Below are positions 61,313-64,000 of a DNA stretch of 64,000 bases, one piece after another. Position 1 is the first letter of the stretch; every line of letters starts with the position of its first letter. Made by a program: the position numbers and the translations under genes. This stretch comes from Chiloscyllium plagiosum (lineage: Eukaryota), in NCBI RefSeq assembly GCF_004010195.1, contig NC_057749.1, positions 11,513,540-11,577,539 of the forward strand, given 5' to 3'. The notes below the pieces were generated by a model. That model did no database searches. It saw only the letters and a program-made list of their open reading frames with translations, and had not been told where the DNA came from.

Positions 61313-61610
61313 CTAAATCTTATGGAGTAGATTCATATATAATTTTAAATATTATGAGCCCAGCCACCATTTATCCATTTTTCTTGATGTCAGATGATTT
61401 TAACTTGCTGCGCAGGCAATGAAATATTTCTGAAATTTTCCACTTGGACAGAATATTTAAAATCAAGACAGAAACCCATATATGTCAAGGAGCAAATGGT
61501 TATAAATGAATGAGGACTGGTAAAATCATCTGACATCAAGAAAAATGGATAAATGGTGGCTGGGCTCATAATATTTAAAATTATATATGAATCTACTCCA
61601 TAAGATTTAG
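61313..61610. repeat. Perfect 90-bp inverted repeat with a 118-bp spacer
   Basis: 61313-61402 is the exact reverse complement of 61521-61610. Confidence 0.95.
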
Positions 61611-62100
61611 AGTTCAAGCAGCAGAGCTTTGGCTGGGCATAGGTTCCCAGGGATGTAGCATTCGTGGCCAGCCAGGGGAGAGCACTGGAGTAATCCAGTC
61701 TGGAATAACAGCGGCATGGATGATGGTTTCTGCAGCAGATGAGCTGAGAGTTGGATAGAGATTCAAAGATGATGGTTTGTGAACTTGATGGTAAAGCGGA
61801 CGTGGTATCAGAAAATCATCTCCAGAGTTATAAACAATCTGATTCAATGGTGATCCAGGAGAAGGGTTGTTTTTGATATTTAGGAGCCAGTGTTTGTGAT
61901 TTCAGGCTGATCCATTATTAGATGACAGTCATGCAGTGTGACTTATCATACACAATAGATGTATTCAGAGAGATGGTGATACAGAAGAATTTCTTGCCAT
62001 TGGTGCATATTTGGGATATATGTTTTGGTGATATCACCATAAGATCAGCTTGTGGTTGAGAAATTGGAAGAGGTCAATGGACATTGAAGTATCTCAAGAA
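61611..62100 (-). mobile_element. L2-like LINE ORF2 fragment, old
   Basis: LSSSAAETIIHAAV... resembles the L2 motif AETLIHAFVTSRLDY. Confidence 0.6.
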
Positions 62101-62379
62101 AAGCAGAAAAAATAATTGTCTAATAATTATCAATATGAAGGAAAGTGATATTTGTAATGCAACATCATCCATCATGAAGCAGATACTTGTCACTATGCTT
62201 TGCAGGATGTGGTTATTACAGCTTGATTCCAATTTTGAGTGAAAATTCTAATTAATCAAGAAGCAAAAGAATAAGAAGAAATAATTAAATGACTGTTAGT
62301 GGAGAAAATGTACTGAGGAAATTAATCGGCATAAAAGTTGATTTCCCTCAACTTGGTGGGTTGCATCCTAGGATATCAC

Positions 62380-64000
62380 ATAGGAGATTCTCTGGACATG
62401 AACATGAATTCAGGATGGTATGTTGATCCTGGTGCCAGGGTCAAGGCTGCAACAAAATGGTTGCAGCAAATTATCAAAGGGGAAAGTGAGAAACTGGAAG
62501 TCGCTGTACACATTGGTAAGAATGACATCGTTGGGGAAAGAGTTGAGGCTTTGCAGAGTGACTATGGGAAGTAAGGTGGAAGGTTAAAAAGCAGAACCTT
62601 AAAGGTAGGTAGTAATTTTTGGATTACTCCCAATGCTATGTGCTAGTGAAAGTTGGAATAAGAAGATAGGGCATATAAATCAATGGCTGAAAAGGTAGTG
62701 CATTTGGCAAGTATTCAGATTTTTGGATCACTGGGATCTCTGGGCAGAAAAGAACTGTTTAAAAGTGACGGATTTCACCTGAACTGGAAGGACCTATTTC
62801 CTCTCTGGGAAATTTGCTAATGCTATTCGGGAGTCTTTGAACTGATCGGGAAGTTCGGGGGATCCTAAGTAGTGAGAATAGAAAGACGGATGAGGATGGT
62901 TCTGAATTTAAAAAAAGAGCAAGTTAATTCGAAAAGGCAGGAAAGACCAAGTCTGAAAATGAGGTAACTCTGGATTAAACTACATTTATTTCATTGCAGG
63001 GGTCTTACAGGTAAGGTAGATGAACTTGGGGCATGTATGGGAGCATGGGACTGGGACATCATAACTATTACAGAAACGTGATTGAGGGAGGGACAGGACT
63101 GGTAGTTCAATGTTCTGGGGTTTAAATACTACAGAAGGATAGGAAGGCAAGAGAGGAAGGGGAATGGCATTTTTGATTAGGGAAAGCATTATTGCTGTAC
63201 TTGGATGATATTCCTGGGGAGTCATCCAGTGAAGCTGTATGGGTGGAACTCGGAAATAAGAGGAGGATGGTCACCTTAATGGGACTGTACTACATTTCCC
63301 GATAGTCAAAGGGAAATTGAGGAACAAAAATGTAGAGAGATCATCTGTGTAAGAATAATAAAAGTTGTAATTGAGCACTGGCAAGCTAATAGATGACAGG
63401 AGTTGGGATAAGGGTTGGCATTTTCAGGATGTCAATATCTAACTCGTGGATCACCACAGGGATCAGCATTGGGGCCACAATTCTTTACCATATATATTAA
63501 TGACTTGAATGAGGGAAACCAATGTACTATTGCTAAGTTAGCAAATGACAAAAATAGATGGGAAGGCAAGTAGGATAGCACAAAGTGTGTGGAGATATAT
63601 GGGAAGGTTGAGTGAGCAAACATTTTGCAAAGGAGAAAATGTGAAGTTGTGCACTTTGGTAGGAACAGTTGAGCTGAATATTATTCAGACTGTAGGAATC
63701 TACAGCAGAGAGGGTTTGGGAGTCCTTGCATATAATACTCAAAATCATAATCCAAGTCAAGCAGATAAATGGGGACGTCAGAAGAAAAGTTGGGTTTGAT
63801 TCCAAAGAGTTTTAAAATGGGGACGTCTTACTAAAATGATACAAGGTAAAAGTTAGACCACACCTAGAATACTGTGACCAGTTTTGGGCTCCTTATCTAA
63901 GGAAAGATATGCTGGCATTGGAGGCTGTTAGTGAATGGATCCCAGACATGGAGGGATTTTTGTAAGAGGAGAGGTTGAGTAGGTTTGACTTTTATTGTTT
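62380..64000 (+). mobile_element. CR1-like LINE fragments: ORF1 SGNH-esterase, ORF2 endonuclease start, then RT fragment
   Basis: PGARVK...VAVHIGKNDI and DGFHLN (esterase); WDIITITE (endonuclease); GSPQGSALGP and VRPHLEYC (RT). Confidence 0.78.

Noticed and set aside
1..64000. Most ORFs in the six-frame track as independent genes
   Set aside because: They are frameshifted retroelement fragments, antisense shadows or TJP1 exons extended into introns, many with non-ATG starts.

Overview
Vertebrate genomic DNA, most likely from a cartilaginous fish. This is inferred from the HE1-like V-SINE, SacSINE1-like Deu-SINE, CR1 and Penelope repeat content. The window covers the 5'/central part of TJP1 (ZO-1) on the + strand. 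Sixteen GT-AG coding exons (12098-61230, about exons 2-17 by mammalian numbering) splice in frame and encode PDZ1, PDZ2, PDZ3, SH3 and most of the GUK domain; the first exon and the 3' exons lie outside the window. The introns are packed with decayed retroelements: CR1, Rex1/Babar-like and L2 LINEs, SINEs, two Gmr1-like Ty3/Gypsy LTR elements (the intact one has integrase before RT) and one long Penelope-like element (PLE). The most striking pattern is about a dozen short fold-back insertions built from two inverted PLE 3' ends, from about five sequence families. They carry minimal hammerhead-ribozyme cores, often on both strands, and most are flanked by 10-15 bp target-site duplications (TSDs) with microhomology at the shorter arm. 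One of them inserted exactly at the exon-15 splice acceptor and duplicated it. There is also a perfect 90-bp inverted repeat just after the last exon and an inverted LTR pair around a tRNA-Pro primer-binding site. Repeat family names and boundaries are by eye and approximate. No prokaryotic features were found.
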